Assembly: GCA_037447605.1 (NCBI GenBank)
Contig: CM074804.1
Coordinates: 2,108,001-2,172,000 of the forward strand
Direction: 5' to 3'
Length of the DNA stretch: 64,000 bases
DNA from: Zygnema circumcarinatum SAG 698-1b
Taxonomy: Eukaryota > Plantae > Zygnematophyceae
Shown: positions 42,325 through 55,600 of the stretch, in pieces
How the letters are laid out: each line of letters begins with the position of its first letter
Numbering within the stretch: the stretch's first letter is position 1
Notes under the pieces: generated by a model
What the model saw: only the letters and a program-made list of their open reading frames with translations
Databases searched by the model: none
Told to the model about the DNA's origin: nothing
Position numbers and translations under genes: made by a program

Positions 42325-45300
42325 ATGATGGCCCAGGCAGACGCTGATCCCACTGCGGCTGAGCTGCCATTGCCGCCAGAGCCAGATGAAGACATGGCCT
42401 GCTGCTCGCAGCAAGCGACTGCTGTAGAGGATAAATACGCACATTCAGAGTACATTTGTTGGGTACCGTCGCGAAAGGTTCCCATTTCAGGTCGTCCCGC
42501 TCACTTTTGCAACATTTATGATGTGTTTTTTGGCTTTCCCAGCACCACTTTGAACCAGAAAAAAACTATGATATCTTGTAGCACAGCGTGTTATTACCTT
42601 GAATGCGGAATTTTTGAAGTTCCGACTGCATGTAAGCTTCATCTAAACAAGTCACAGAATCTTTGTGCTCATGCGAAAGCAGAGACTTTTTTCATAGATT
42701 TTTACAAAAGGAAAGTTTTGTCACCGCGTATTTCTGTATGCGTTGCTTCATTTCTTGGCTTCGAAAAATCCACGGCTAGATAAAATCCTGAGCAGAAAAA
42801 ACCTTCTCAATCAATCCCGTGACGCTTGCACCCAAAGATTGGCCATTTTTTATACGAAATTTAGAAGAATTGCTCGAGCGGCTCCTGTTCCAAATGCAGT
42901 TTCTTCTATTTTTTTGGCTAGCTTGTCTGGATGCCTTGACCAACACTTATTGGTATTTTCAAATTTAGCCTTCTTGCAGTCGAAGTATGCGTTCGAAAGA
43001 CAAGCACCGCAAAACCGGAAGACATTTCAAACGCCGTCAAGAGGTATGCGCACTTGCATTGAGAAGAATGGAAGCGGTAGAATGGTAGAAGCACATGACA
43101 TTCTGCGATCGACTATTGCAACAGAAAATCCCAAAATGCACATGATATTGTGAATATCCGTGTTTTCTTATCGTTAACTTCTTGAGCATATATTCCCTAT
43201 CAAGGCCTCCTGTCATGCAAGTTAATCACGAGAGGGCCAGAGGCTTAGCTTGAGATTACCTATTGCGTGAGTGGTAGAAACGGTAACGGTCAAATCATTG
43301 GCTCCAAGAGCACTCTAAGTTACAAAATTACTCTTTTGCAATGCTGTCTGGTGTACGCAATTTCTTTCTTTAACGTTTCCTGGAGCTGAGGAGGTTCCAG
43401 TACACCTTACGAACCATTTGATCCCTGGTTGAGTGACAGTATGCTAGAGAAACGGAGCCTTAACTATGTAAACGGGCCGGTCCCCGTTATCCCTGGAGAC
43501 GACAAGTTTCTTGACGAGAACGTGGAGAGCATCTCGATGGTTGACATAGGTACCGGAAATTATCATGTACACAACTTGACTGGTTTTTCCGACCGGTGCT
43601 CACCGCCAGGCTTGATAAATACGACTGATGAAACCCAATGGTACTTGCAGGGGACCAGTTGGACCAACAACGTGTTCTACTTTTTTGGCAAGTTGCCCTT
43701 CAAATTTATGTCTACCAGGTATTCGTGATTCCACGTGTATGTGTGTGCATATCCTGCATATGCAAAATAATATCTCCTTGTTTGTGCAATAGAAAATGAT
43801 GCAGTTGAACTCTACCCCGCCCAAAAGTGGAGTTCGCAAGAAAAGTCCCCCTGAAACGCTTGGGGTTGCTCTCTACTTTGTTGACGCGGCCATGAGACAC
43901 AATCCCTTCATTTCAGATCAGACGTTTTGCTCTAGAAGCCACGGAAAAAGTATGAAAACCTAGCGCTAATGCTCGCATTGTACAAACATGAGTACAACCT
44001 TATGTACATACGCCAGTTCTGAGTGCAATGTATCTCACAATTCTAGAAGCTTCGCTTATGCTCTCCTATACCTGAGTACCCCTTTTCAACCTGCGTTCTG
44101 ATTTCTTGGATTTGAACGCCCTGGGGCACGCTGAGTTAGCAGTTTTTCGGTTCTTAAATTCTCTGTCGAGTGTAGCAATGATATTTTCTAGGGGAGGGGT
44201 TCGAGATGGAGCCTTGCAGCTAAGTGAGGAAGGGCCAGCAGAGGAGATTGAAGATAACGAAGAAATTGCGACATTTCATGAGTGGATGCTGCCTTCGCGT
44301 GATTTCCATGGTCTTTGGGAAAGGTAATGCTTCAGTGACTCCTTCCTTGCCCCTGCATCACATTATGCAAGATTATGCTTTCCCAGTTATAAGTATTTTG
44401 AGCTCGTCAGGACCATTGCTTGCAGTGATTATTCCTTAAACGGACTCTTGTAGTTCATGAGCGTGTTGTCGGACACCGAACTAAACAGTGTACGAGCGTT
44501 TGTGCCGTTCTTGTGATGTTTTCAAATGCAGTGGACATCCGTGTGCCGCTTTTGATTTATAAAATCATGGTCTTGAAGAAGAATCCCGCGGTAAAGAATG
44601 CTGCAAAATACTAACTCATCGACCAACATAAAAGGTTGAGATGGATTCAGATGTGTGGATCTGGCTTGATCGCTTATCTTCTGGCTGGTACATGGTGGTT
44701 GGAACAGCCTCATCTTTGAGACGGGTATAAAGCAAAGACTGCTTCGATATGCGACCAGTGCGTTGTTGTTTGCAGACAAAGGGGTCAACTCTCAGTTGAT
44801 TTCCTGGAACAGGTTCGTACCTCGTGGTTGTCTTCCATCTAAAACAAAAAAATGGTTAGGTTCTTCGTGTTTTCAGTTCTGCCCTGCGAAGAAAAAAGTA
44901 TCCATGCAGTGCGCCCAGAGTCTAAAGATTCCAGAATTCAGTGCAAACTGCTTGCTTCATTGTACATGACTGATTGGAATTACTCGCGATCGGGGGGAAG
45001 GTCTATTGCTAATGCAGGCAATAGACGTCTGACTGTTGCGTGCAGGGTGGTGCTTCTCTTTGGACCACCGGGAACAGGTTTGTACTACCGTTTGACCTCA
45101 CAATAAGAAGTAAATGTACTGAAGCACGTGCCCTTACGTCGCCTCTTCTTGGCATGTCTTGGGCAACAACTCGAGGAGATAAAGTTGTTAATGGAACATG
45201 AAGCTCCATATGGTCCCTGCTGCATTTAAGAGTAGACATCTTCACCAGCTCGGAAGGCACACCCAATTGTTTGTAACTTTGGAACTAAGGGAATCACTGC

Positions 45301-47649
45301 ATGTAACTTCCGAGTGGCATGGCCTTTAAACTTTTATCTGCTCGTAGGTGGATATGTTCGCAGTCCTCATTAGGTCGTATGGGCTGGCTCGGGAACAGGA
45401 AAAACGAGTCTCTGGTAAGCGTGCATGTCTCGTTTAAATATATGTCAACAACAGCTTAGTTGATAAAAAACAAAAAAAAGAACAGTGCAGCGAGCATTTA
45501 GGGCGCAGCATCGTGCAGTCCAGTCATTCTGGGCCAACTTGATAAATTCATCAAGTACCGAGTGAAGGCTCTTACTTCAGAGTTTGGCGTACTCTCATGC
45601 AGCAAAGCCCTCTCCCAAAAATTGGCTATTCGCTTTCGGCAGCGGTGAGGTCCCCACCCTGCTATTGACACGTGCGTCTTGTTACAGCAATGGAAAATTT
45701 GACATCAGTTCAAGGTTGTGTCTTTTTCGGTGCTATAAAAGGCTTTTGCCTTGAGAGCATAGCTTATCGAGCTGTAAGTATAAATATAAGACTTCACTGT
45801 TTGGCTTCATTTAGGATCATGACACTGCCAGGTATCATTGTGCATGTACGCAAACCTTCTTTGGGGTCTATGGCTTGGGGCACATGCCTGGCCAGGTATC
45901 GGCAAGGGCAACTAATAGAGGTGAATGCACATTCTCTCTTCAGCAAGTGGTTCTCCGAGAGTGGTAAAATGGTAAGCGTGCTCTGGCCAGGCTTTGTGAT
46001 CCCTTGTGGAAAACTGCAGGTATGCGTTATGTATACGACATTCTCTTCACGACCTGTTTTAGGCGGTGCGTAGTTTGAAAAATAGGGTGCTCACAATCAG
46101 CAGGTCGGAACGTTGGCCAACACTCGTTGCAGCAGCTAACGACCATGAAAATGGTACGCTGTTCTCAAGAATGATTTAAGGTGGTGGTTGTGTGGTGGTG
46201 TGAGGGACATTCAGGTCAGCAAACTTTTTCAGAAAATTCAAGAACTGCTCGACGACTCAGACAGTCTCGTCTTTGTGCTTATCGGTGATAACCACAAAGT
46301 CCCTAAAAACTTGTCTCGTTAGCATTATCGTCTCATTCATGTGTGCAGAGGAATGTGTAGGTCTTGCGTCCTGCTTCAGGTAATGCCTGAATCTCGTCTG
46401 TATGTGTGCAGATGAAGTGGAAAGTCTGACAGCTGCCAGACAGGCCGCTCTGCAGGGCTCTGAGCCCTCTGACTCCATTCGTGTCGTGAATGCTCTCCTC
46501 ACTCAGCTGGATGCCCTGAAGCAGCGTCCTAACGTGCTCATTTTGACCACCTCCAACATCACTCAAGCAATTGGTGCGTCTATGATGGATTACGTGCTGT
46601 GTCCTCATGCCCCATTGACTGCGGCGGCCTCCTATAAGCATGGTTCACGTTTTCTCCTTTGTGTCTCCAGATATCGCCTTTGTGGACCGCGCAGACATCA
46701 AGGCCTACATCGGACCGCCCTCCTTGCGTGCTCGGTACGAAATTTTGATAACGTGTCTATTGGAGTTGCAGCGTGCCGGGATCATTGAAACGACGTCCGA
46801 GGTGAGTTTATCTATGTTGGGGTTGCGCTCGAGTAAAAGTTCTGGTCAAAGATAGTCGACTCAGGATCATCACCACGAAGTATCCTTCCTCCCTCACATC
46901 GTACACCTTATTCTTCGAGCTACAATCTGACAGTTGCTTGATGGAATTCGGCAGAGCCATGTCGCCGAAACGCGATTATTATTGATGTTTTGTGTTGAAG
47001 GTCCTTATTCAGCTAAACTTTAGAATTGCCTTTGGCTTTCAGGCGGGGCAGGTGCAGGCGCCACCGCTAGTGTTTGTTGACTATGCACGCATGGAGCAGC
47101 ATGCTACCAGACCCATTATGCGTGAGGAAGGGGAGACTGAGAAATCCTTGGAGCTAAGCAGAGACCTGCTGGCTACGGCAGAATTATGCGCGGTACAACC
47201 ATAGCTAGCCGCCCTTACATCCTCTTTTGCGTACTAAAACGACTGTCCCTCTCCCTGTCGCATTTTATTATTGCTTATGCATGGACAACGCGGTGGTTAG
47301 TGCCCATTCCTTTAAGATGCCTCGTGACTCAAGCAGTATCCTGTGGAAAACGTCGAGACTTACAGCGTGTCCAAAGCATAGGTCTGGAGTGGCTGTAAGT
47401 GGTAGTGGTTGTCGTAGAGTAAGAAGGGGAGTGCGGCGGTTTGAGGTGTTCCAGTGTCGATGTCGGACATGGATGCAGGGCTTGTCTGGACGAGCGTTGC
47501 GGAAGTTGCCCTTCCTTGCGCACGCCGCGCAAGTCGAGTCGCCGGTCTGCTCTGCCAAGGACTTCGTGGCGGCGCTGCGCAGAGCCGTGCAGTCCGAGCA
47601 CGCCGATCGCGCCAACATGGCGGAGAACGAGAAACTCCAACGGGGATGA
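42325..47649 (+). CDS. PCH2: Pachytene checkpoint protein 2 / TRIP13 AAA+ ATPase; multi-exon, including a 16-nt microexon
   Basis: [63 protein letters not shown]|[10 protein letters not shown]|GKTSL|[31 protein letters not shown]|[58 protein letters not shown]. Confidence 0.95.
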
Positions 47650-48299
47650 TCGGGAGCTTGATGTCACCGGCTGCACCTTTCTATTTGCTTTGGAAGTTTG
47701 TCGAACTAATGCTTAGGAAGCCACATCAATGCCACAGCATTCTTCTTTTTAAATGCTTAGGAAGAAAATATATTTTTTATCCGTACCCCTCGTAGACACT
47801 AGATTGTGCTACCAATTGCAAAAATTATTTTCCATTTCAAATCGAGGAAGGACACTGTAACTCAAAAGGAAAAGTTGAGCGACGTCTTAAGTTGCTAATG
47901 CACTCTCTTACTGAATAAAAGGGGAAACAACTCGTTTGAGGGAACTTCCTGACATCAGCTAGTCCGAAAAGTTTCGGCACCAAATAGACTGAACGCTTTC
48001 TGGTCTCTGAACGACCTGAAGGCAAAGGCAAAGGATGTAGCATTGATCTCACGATGGCGATGATGCCATCAAATATACATGGACAAAACCATCATGGGAA
48101 AAACTGGTCGCAAAGGACCTAAGGACAAAAGAACAAAGCTAGGAACAGAAAGCTACGCCTAGGCTCAACAACGCTTCAAGCCCTCCCTCGAAACAGCCGC
48201 GAAGGTCACATCGCGCGGAGGGAGGGAGGGAGGGAGGGAGCGGCGGAAGACGCAAGACGCATTTCTGGGCGGGGCTTCAAAAGTACCCTGTTGGTGAAG

Positions 48300-48320
48300 C
48301 CAATCACGACCCGCCACGTG
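48300..48320 (+). promoter_or_regulatory. CCAAT-N9-CCACGTG composite element
   Basis: CCAAT-cacgacccg-CCACGTG, read directly. No intact adjacent protein-coding start is evident. Confidence 0.5.
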
Positions 48321-48429
48321 TGCAGAATGTCCGATGCAAACTCTATCATTCTATCACATAGACTATCTAGCCACTATCTGTACTATCTTGTCGCTACACC
48401 TCATGGTTGAGTGGACCTAAACTCTGTAG

Positions 48430-49155
48430 GGGAAAAATTGCTGAGCTGAGCATTGCTAAGCTGGAGACTGGACAAGTCATTCAATGCTGCCTGGCGAAGA
48501 ACATGGCGAGAATGAACCCTCAATACCTCTCAAATTTGGCTCACAATATCAATCCCAAGCTAGCATTTCTCAGCCACCTCCAATTCTTTTCCATAAAGGG
48601 TTGTCAGTCGCAAGTGCCATTCGGACCGCTTGCATGCTGGGAAGTCTATACTGTGCTTTTCACTGAGTCGATCAACCTCGGTTCATCTGCCGTACTTGAT
48701 ATTGTGGATTCATCAGTGTAAGCCAGCCAAGGGGTCCATGTAATCTGCTGAGAGAAGTAGAGCCTATTACGGTGTTGTTGATTGGCGGATGCAATGTCTT
48801 CGTGTCAGTCGCTCTCTCGCGGGCATTGCCCGCTGTAAACCAAGAGCCCACTATTCTCCTCGGAGTTGATGTGACCCACCCGTCACCTGGCGAGGATTCA
48901 GTCCCCTCTATGACTGCGGTGAGTGTTCCTCCCATTTCGTGTGTAGTTCCATAAAGAAACAACCCTCCTTCTTTAACAATTCACCTTTGCAGTTAGTTGT
49001 GTGAAGAATGGGTGGTCATCGGCTCATGGGTCAAATCTATCCATGGATCATTTACAGCTGAATTCTGTTGGATGTGCGATGAAGCTCTCACGATGTATCT
49101 GCTGCAGAATATGCATCTGCCTAATAGCGTGATATTCTATCGGCATGGCATCTGA
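48430..49155 (+). pseudogene. AGO: Argonaute MID/PIWI-domain gene fragment with decayed intron boundaries
   Basis: ETGQVIQCCLAKNMARMNPQYLSNLAHNINPK | IGGCNVFVSVALSRALPAVNQEPTILLGVDVTHPSPGEDSVPSMTA | ...EALTMYLLQNMHLPNSVIFYRHGI*. This parallels the AGO pattern SQCC..QYLANV.LKIN.K/GG.N..L..A.SR.IP.V...PTI.FGADVTHP.PGEDS.PSIAA/..P..IIFYRDG. The donor after NPK reads CT instead of GT, and there are in-frame stops. Confidence 0.85.
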
Positions 49156-49617
49156 GTGACCCCGCCTAATTACGTATGAATTGCTTTATGAAATGTTCAG
49201 ATATATGTGTAGTCAAGACTGTCGAAGTCATGGCCCCACAAGGGTATCTTTTTGATCTTGATATTTTGGATACCGATGAACGATGGGTAACACAATCAAT
49301 TTATAACAGAGCTTTCAGAAGAAAAAAACAACTCTGGATTCAGCACATTCCCCTAAAACCTCTAATTGGTGAGTGAAGCCGCATGTGCGCAATTCACAAC
49401 AGCAAAGGTGAAAAGAAAACGTCAAAAAAGAAGAAGTTCAAAAAAGTTAAAAAACATGAAAACGCAACCTGAGAGAGAGGAGAGAGAGAGAGAGAGCGAG
49501 AGCGAGAGTAAGAAGAGGGGGGGAAGACAGAGAAATGGGAGTGATTCATCTTCATTTTTTTCCATTCTTGAAGGCGAATGGCAAGAACAACTCAATTCTA
49601 TTGCTATCCAACCCCCA

Positions 49618-52600
49618 TCAGCTGTCCGCGCTGCCCAGGCTCGCGTAGGAGTCCCCGATCGCCGCCACATTGCCGGATCTCGAAAACACGATCTGCATCG
49701 CTTGGCGGGGTACAGAAAAGAAATTGAGATAGACCCCACTTTTGAGCCGAAGAGCAATCAACTTTCTAGATTTTTTTTTTTGGCAAGAGTTGGCAAAGCC
49801 AAAATTGGATAGTGTCTCAGAATACTTTTGTTGCCTCTCCTTTCATGAAACCATAGACTGCACGTGTTGAGCCAAGAAAGGGCCAGCAAGGCTTGATCGG
49901 AGGTACCTGAAGGTCTCCCAAAGTACACGACTTGAAGCCGGCGGCGCAATAAACAAAGTAATAATCCCACATGCGGACAAACTTGTCGCTGAAGCCCAAC
50001 TGCATGATGGTTCTGCAAGCAGAGGAACGAGTGCTTTCATGCTTAGTTTCTCCTTCATTATCAACAAAGGCGGAGCGCCCCTCAGCCTGCACCCTCGCCT
50101 CGCCCTACACCCCTCCCTGCTATGCGGGACGTGACAAACGTGCACGGGTGTGAAGTACTGATTGGTTTATAGAGACGAGACGTAAAGGTTTGAGTTTGAC
50201 GATTTTTCACCCTTTATTCCTGAGGAAGTTGTCTCTCCAGCGGAGGAGCGTGGTGGCATAGTGCGGCCCGATGTTCTCGACATGCTCCACACTACAAAGA
50301 AGGGGGGGGGGGGGGGGGGGNNNNNNNNNNGGGGGGGGGGGGGGGGGGGGGGGGCAGGTGTCAGACAATGGGCCAGAACGAGCGGAGATGCCTAACGCAG
50401 GGCAGGGAAGGGAAGGGGTGTCCTTCACCTGAAAAAGGAGGAGGAGGCCATGGCTGTGACAAGTGCTGTGAAGGCAGGCACGCAGCACCCAGGAAAGATG
50501 TACTCCTTGATGAAGTCTGAACTACGGCGATACTCCTCGTATCTCTCTTCAGGAGTCGTTATGACCTGCTCCACACTCAACGACAAAATGCCAAAAAGAG
50601 TCAGTCTGCCACTGTTATATCTGCGTCCGATTAGCCAAACCGATATTCACTGAATGCCGCGAACTTACAGACGGGAAATAGCACAAAAAACGACAAAACA
50701 CAACCTGCACAACTAGAAGGCCGTCCAACGTGAGTAGCCGATCACAGTGGTGGAAGAAATCTCCAAGGTACTCGTGCCCTACAGCCTCCAGCATTTCACT
50801 GTGCAGCCCAACACGAAGAACACAGTGTGAAGATCCGCCAACTGGAAATGCATCCACTTGAAATGGAGAGACAGCGACACAGCCCACTCACCACGACACA
50901 ATGCGGTCGTACGACCCGAGCCCGGGCAGCTGCCGGTAGTCGCACAACTTGAACTCAATGCGATCCTGCGACCTCACCCAGCCAGTGAAAGCGTGAGACG
51001 CGTTCCACTTTTTTTTTTTTCAATTTTTTTTTTTTCCGTTTACATTCAAATGCAGTGTTTCATTATTGCGCGTATATTTTGCGGACCCGAGGTCTGTCTG
51101 GTGGAGGAAAGGGGAGGGAGGGAGGGAGGGCGGGAGGGAGGGAGGGANNNNNNNNNNGGGAGGGAGGGTGGGAGGGAGAGAGGGTGGGAGAGAGGGAGGG
51201 TGGGAGGGAGGGAGGGTGGGAGGGAGGGAGCGCACCTGCAGGCCGGCGGCTTGCACTCGCTGCTGCGCGAGGCGGAGCTGCTGCTCGGAGAGGGTGATGC
51301 CCGTGTAGCGGCACCCCGTGCGGCGGACGAGCTCCATGGCCATGCTGCCCCACCCGAACCCTATCTCCAGCACGTGGTGGTGGGCCTGCACGCGGGCCTT
51401 TGTGATCATCCGCCGCAGCTTCCGCAGCTGCGCCTCTTCGAGGTCCTCTTGCGGTTCCTGCACCCACTACGAAGGAACATCAGCAATGGAAAAAAACATG
51501 GAGCGTAGGCGGCTTGGCAGCTCAATTTAAGGTTCCCAAAACTATGGCGAAGGGTGTATGCCATATGCAGAAGTCAGACGCATATGCTTCTGTCTACCTC
51601 ATACAGGTCCGTTTGAATTCCAATACAACGTCAGATATTGCTTCAACCTGACCTTGAAGATGGCGCAGGAGTATGTCATGGATCTGTCCAGAAATGTTGC
51701 GAACATGTCATTGCTCTGCAAACCACACAACTTCCTCTTCCCCTTCAACAATAGCAAAAAAAGAGGAGGGGGCATGAGGAGAGAGCTACAGAGTGGAAAA
51801 TCAGTGGGGAAAACGTTTCTATCCCATAGGCTTTACAAAAGTTAATTTTGCTTGGTGCACCTGGGGGGCACCATTTCGACTGCAACTCAGTAGAGGTGCA
51901 GAGTAGCAGAATGCGGATTGAAGCTCACGAGGTCGTAGTGATCGGAGATGTTGCGGCGCGCCTTTGTGAGCGTGTTCCCGCGCAGGAGGTGGCGGAAGTA
52001 CAGCGCCGCCGACCCCAGCACCGCCGTCACCATGGCGGGCCGCCACCAGCCCCTGCAGCCCGCGGGGAGAGCCCCTCAGAACTGGGGCCAAACAGCATGG
52101 AACCTCGCCTCTGTTCACACATTCTATTCGATCGATACACGCAGAGGAAAAGCGGGCTTGTGGGTCTTACTTGGCATTGTTTGGAATCATGCCCGGACGC
52201 CTTGTGCGATCTCTGTTAGCAATCAGCATCTGAGATCATAAAAAAAAATAAAAACACGCTTTCGATCAGTCGTAAGGCAGTCACAAATGTTTGCAGCCTA
52301 TTTGGGGTTTCAGTCTTCACCATCAGAGGCACACAAAGGCTCTTCCCACATTCTTTGGCACACAAAGAAAGAAACCCCCTTTCATAGCGTTTACATCTAG
52401 GTGTGGATAGGCAATGCCCATGGAACAGAAAAAACTATGTCCTATACCCTGCGTATACGTATGAAATGGCTGGAAATCTCATCGATGCGAATGAGAATGA
52501 ACGAGCACCCACAAGAAGGAAAGCCAAAAGGCCGTCACTTCCGCCCACGCAGGTGAAGTCCCCATCCACATACGCGTCTGCTAAGCCTAAGTCTGCGCGG

Positions 52601-55600
52601 GTCGCCACCTGGCTTCAACACAACCCCAAGGCTGGTCATTTCCCCCGAAAATTCTTGCCTGCTCAAATGCAATCGGCACTTCCATTTGCGTAGAAATAGT
52701 AAAAAACTTTGACAATTCTCCTCACTTGGCATAAAAGTGAAGATAACAACAAAAAGGGGATGAAAAGACGAAGTGCGGCTGAAGGAGCAGCACCTTCCAG
52801 TAGAAAGCCGGGTTCGTCACATTAAGGCAACATTGTGCAGGCGCTGTAAGGGCGCTCTTTTCATCGCTACTTGACTTCCCAATGTCGACGACGGCCCCCC
52901 CCGTTTCCTGCACTCTGCAGCCGCCCCCCATGGCCTCCCCCCCCTAGCCACCATAGTGAGCCCTTTGCTGCGCTGCGGGGCGCTGGGCGGGCGGGCGGGC
53001 GGGCGGGTCCTGAAAGGCGGTGGGAGTGGGACCTGAGCGAGCCGGAGCGGACGAAATCGCGCAGGAATGCGAGCACAGCGCAGCGCGCCGCGTATTGCGG
53101 CCACGTGGCGGCCACGTGGCGCTCGTTGGGTAGCGGCACGTAGGGCTCCCCGAGGAGGCTCCGCGCGGCCGCAACGCCCGCCTGCGCCCGCCCGCCGGCC
53201 CGCCCCGCGAGGGATGACGTCACGTCAGGCGCGCTCGCCCCCGCGAAGGGCAGAGGGCAGGGCAGGGCAGGAGGAAGGGGCTCCAAAAGTGACACGCAAG
53301 GAGAGAGCTGCGACTAAACGAGTGGGCCCACCTTGAACCCGTCCTCGTGGAAGCCATATCCTGCACATGGCCACGGAATGATGTCAGCATCGGCACGGCA
53401 CAGCGCAGCACCTGGAGTAGTGAGGGGTGCTAGCGCAGTTCCATGGGACCTGAGACACATTTGTATGTGGATGCCATCAGCGGTGTGCCAAGACCCAACA
53501 GAGGTGCCGCTAGTGAAGTGGATAGCTGCTGGACGATGCAGACCGGTAGCCCCAAAGCAAATGACGACGAGTATTGGAGGCGAGCATTGGCAGAGAGGCA
53601 GACAAGGGAGACCGCGCACGCAGAGATGTGCCCTTAGCCGAGCTTCCGACCTTGGTACGCTCCGCAGAACCAGAGCCCCCGCTTCCCCTGGATGGCGGGC
53701 AGCTCCCTCGTGGCCACTGCGGCGGCGGGGGACGGAATTGGGTGCGCGGCGGTCCAGCGGCGCACAGTCTTCCGCGGGGGCTCCGCGGGATTGAGCGTCA
53801 CCAGCACCGGGTCGCCCGTGGAGTCCAGGTTCTGCCCCGCCCCGCCCCCAGCGCCTATGAAATGGAGGAAAGGCAAGGTGCACGCCTTCCTTGACGTTGA
53901 CACGAGCATTTCTATTAAGTGGCTTGGTGGCACTAACAGGTACGGCCCCTGTGTTTGTCTCTGTCATTCCAGCTTGCGACCAGGCAAGCGATGCTGGACG
54001 ATCAAGATAGGTTGGAGGAATGGGACTAGTGGGGGCAAGAGTAGTAGGAAGAGTAGAAAGGACACGTAGAGTGGGTATTTAAGTTATAAATACGAGGATG
54101 GGAGTCAGAGTGGGGGTCGTGCTAGTAATTGTAGGAGTAATGAGTGGGAGAGGCTGGACGAGGATGATTTCAGCAGCAACAGCTGCCGAGTCAACATTGT
54201 CAAGATGATCCTCCCTGTAAGTAAGCCTGGGTAGATGTGCACCTGCAGAGTATTCAGCCAATAGGTCAAACACAGCTTCCCATCCGGAGAGCTCTGGAAG
54301 TTCCATGCGCTCCACGCCGCTTTCCGTTTGGGCATGTAGCTTGCGTCCCGATGAAGATAAATGTCACTGAGCACCCCCATCGGAAGAAATGTAAGGTGGC
54401 CAATCCCTTCTCAAGGGCCTCACATACATAACACTACTTCGTTGGCAGCCCAGAATAAGCATGACCTCAAACCTGACGATCCTCTCGCTTATCGCCAGGG
54501 CAGTGGCAGACTGCACGGTGAACATTCCAGCCGGTAACTGAACGACGAGCCAAGTTACTCGCCGAGGAAAAAAACACCTCAGGCGACTAACAGTTGGATA
54601 AAGGGCATACCTAGCATAACAGGCTGCTCTAATGAACACGTCGATGCTGTTATCATTCAAGAACAACCCCCAATGTCTGACGGAGAAAGCCCGGACGCTA
54701 ACCTTGAGGCGTACAGGAAGGCCCCGAGGACGCGGCGCTCCCCCGCGGTGGCCTGCTCCCCGAGCAGCGCGAGCGCGTCCGGCGCGTGCGCCGCCACCAC
54801 GCAGTGAGTGAAGGAGGCGGTGCGGCCACACGTGTCCTCCACCTCCACGCCGCCTGGGAGGGCGCACCGCTGGGGCACGTCACATGGCGCAGCACAAAGG
54901 GGGGGAGGGGAGGGGAGGGAGTAGGGAGGAGGGAGGCGGGAGGGGGGAANNNNNNNNNNAGGGGAGAGGGGAGGGGAGAGGGGGGAGGAGGGAGGAGGGA
55001 GGGAGGGAGGGCAAGACTGCCTCACCTTCGCTAGTCGTGCGGATACTGCTCACGCCGCAATCGGTGCACACTTCGCATCCTCTAGCCTCCAGCTCTGCTA
55101 CCACCTGCTCGCAATACCACACTCACAGCGAACTGGTTATGAAGCCTCACACGTACACAAGGTTATTCTCCAACTTGGACGACACTTGACTATCTCTGTA
55201 GAGGCCATGATCTCCTTTGAAGAGAATATGCGAATCTCATACATCCATCGTACAGGTGCTGGAAACATCATACCGAACTATCGACTATCTAGAGAAAGGA
55301 AGGACTTCACGGTTATGGCAGAAAAGATCAGCTGTCCAATAACGAATCTCGACCATTAACCCCAATTGAGAATCTTGTCAGCTCATCAGAAGGACAACAT
55401 TGCAGCCATCCTAACAGGACCCTTCTTTACAAGTTGAGGTTCGGGGAAGAAGATATGACGATGACCTGCTGAGGTGAGTGCGAACCTTCAACTTGAAATC
55501 TATCTGGGCCTAACTCAGACTATTGAACGAGAGTCCATAATCAGCATTATCGTTAACAATGACCACAATTAAATAAAAAATGAATAACTTGCCATAAAAA

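Noticed and set aside
53095-53120. Tandem GCCACGTGGC palindromes
   Set aside because: They fall in a CFA-synthase coding exon (RHVAATWP), with no evidence of a regulatory role.
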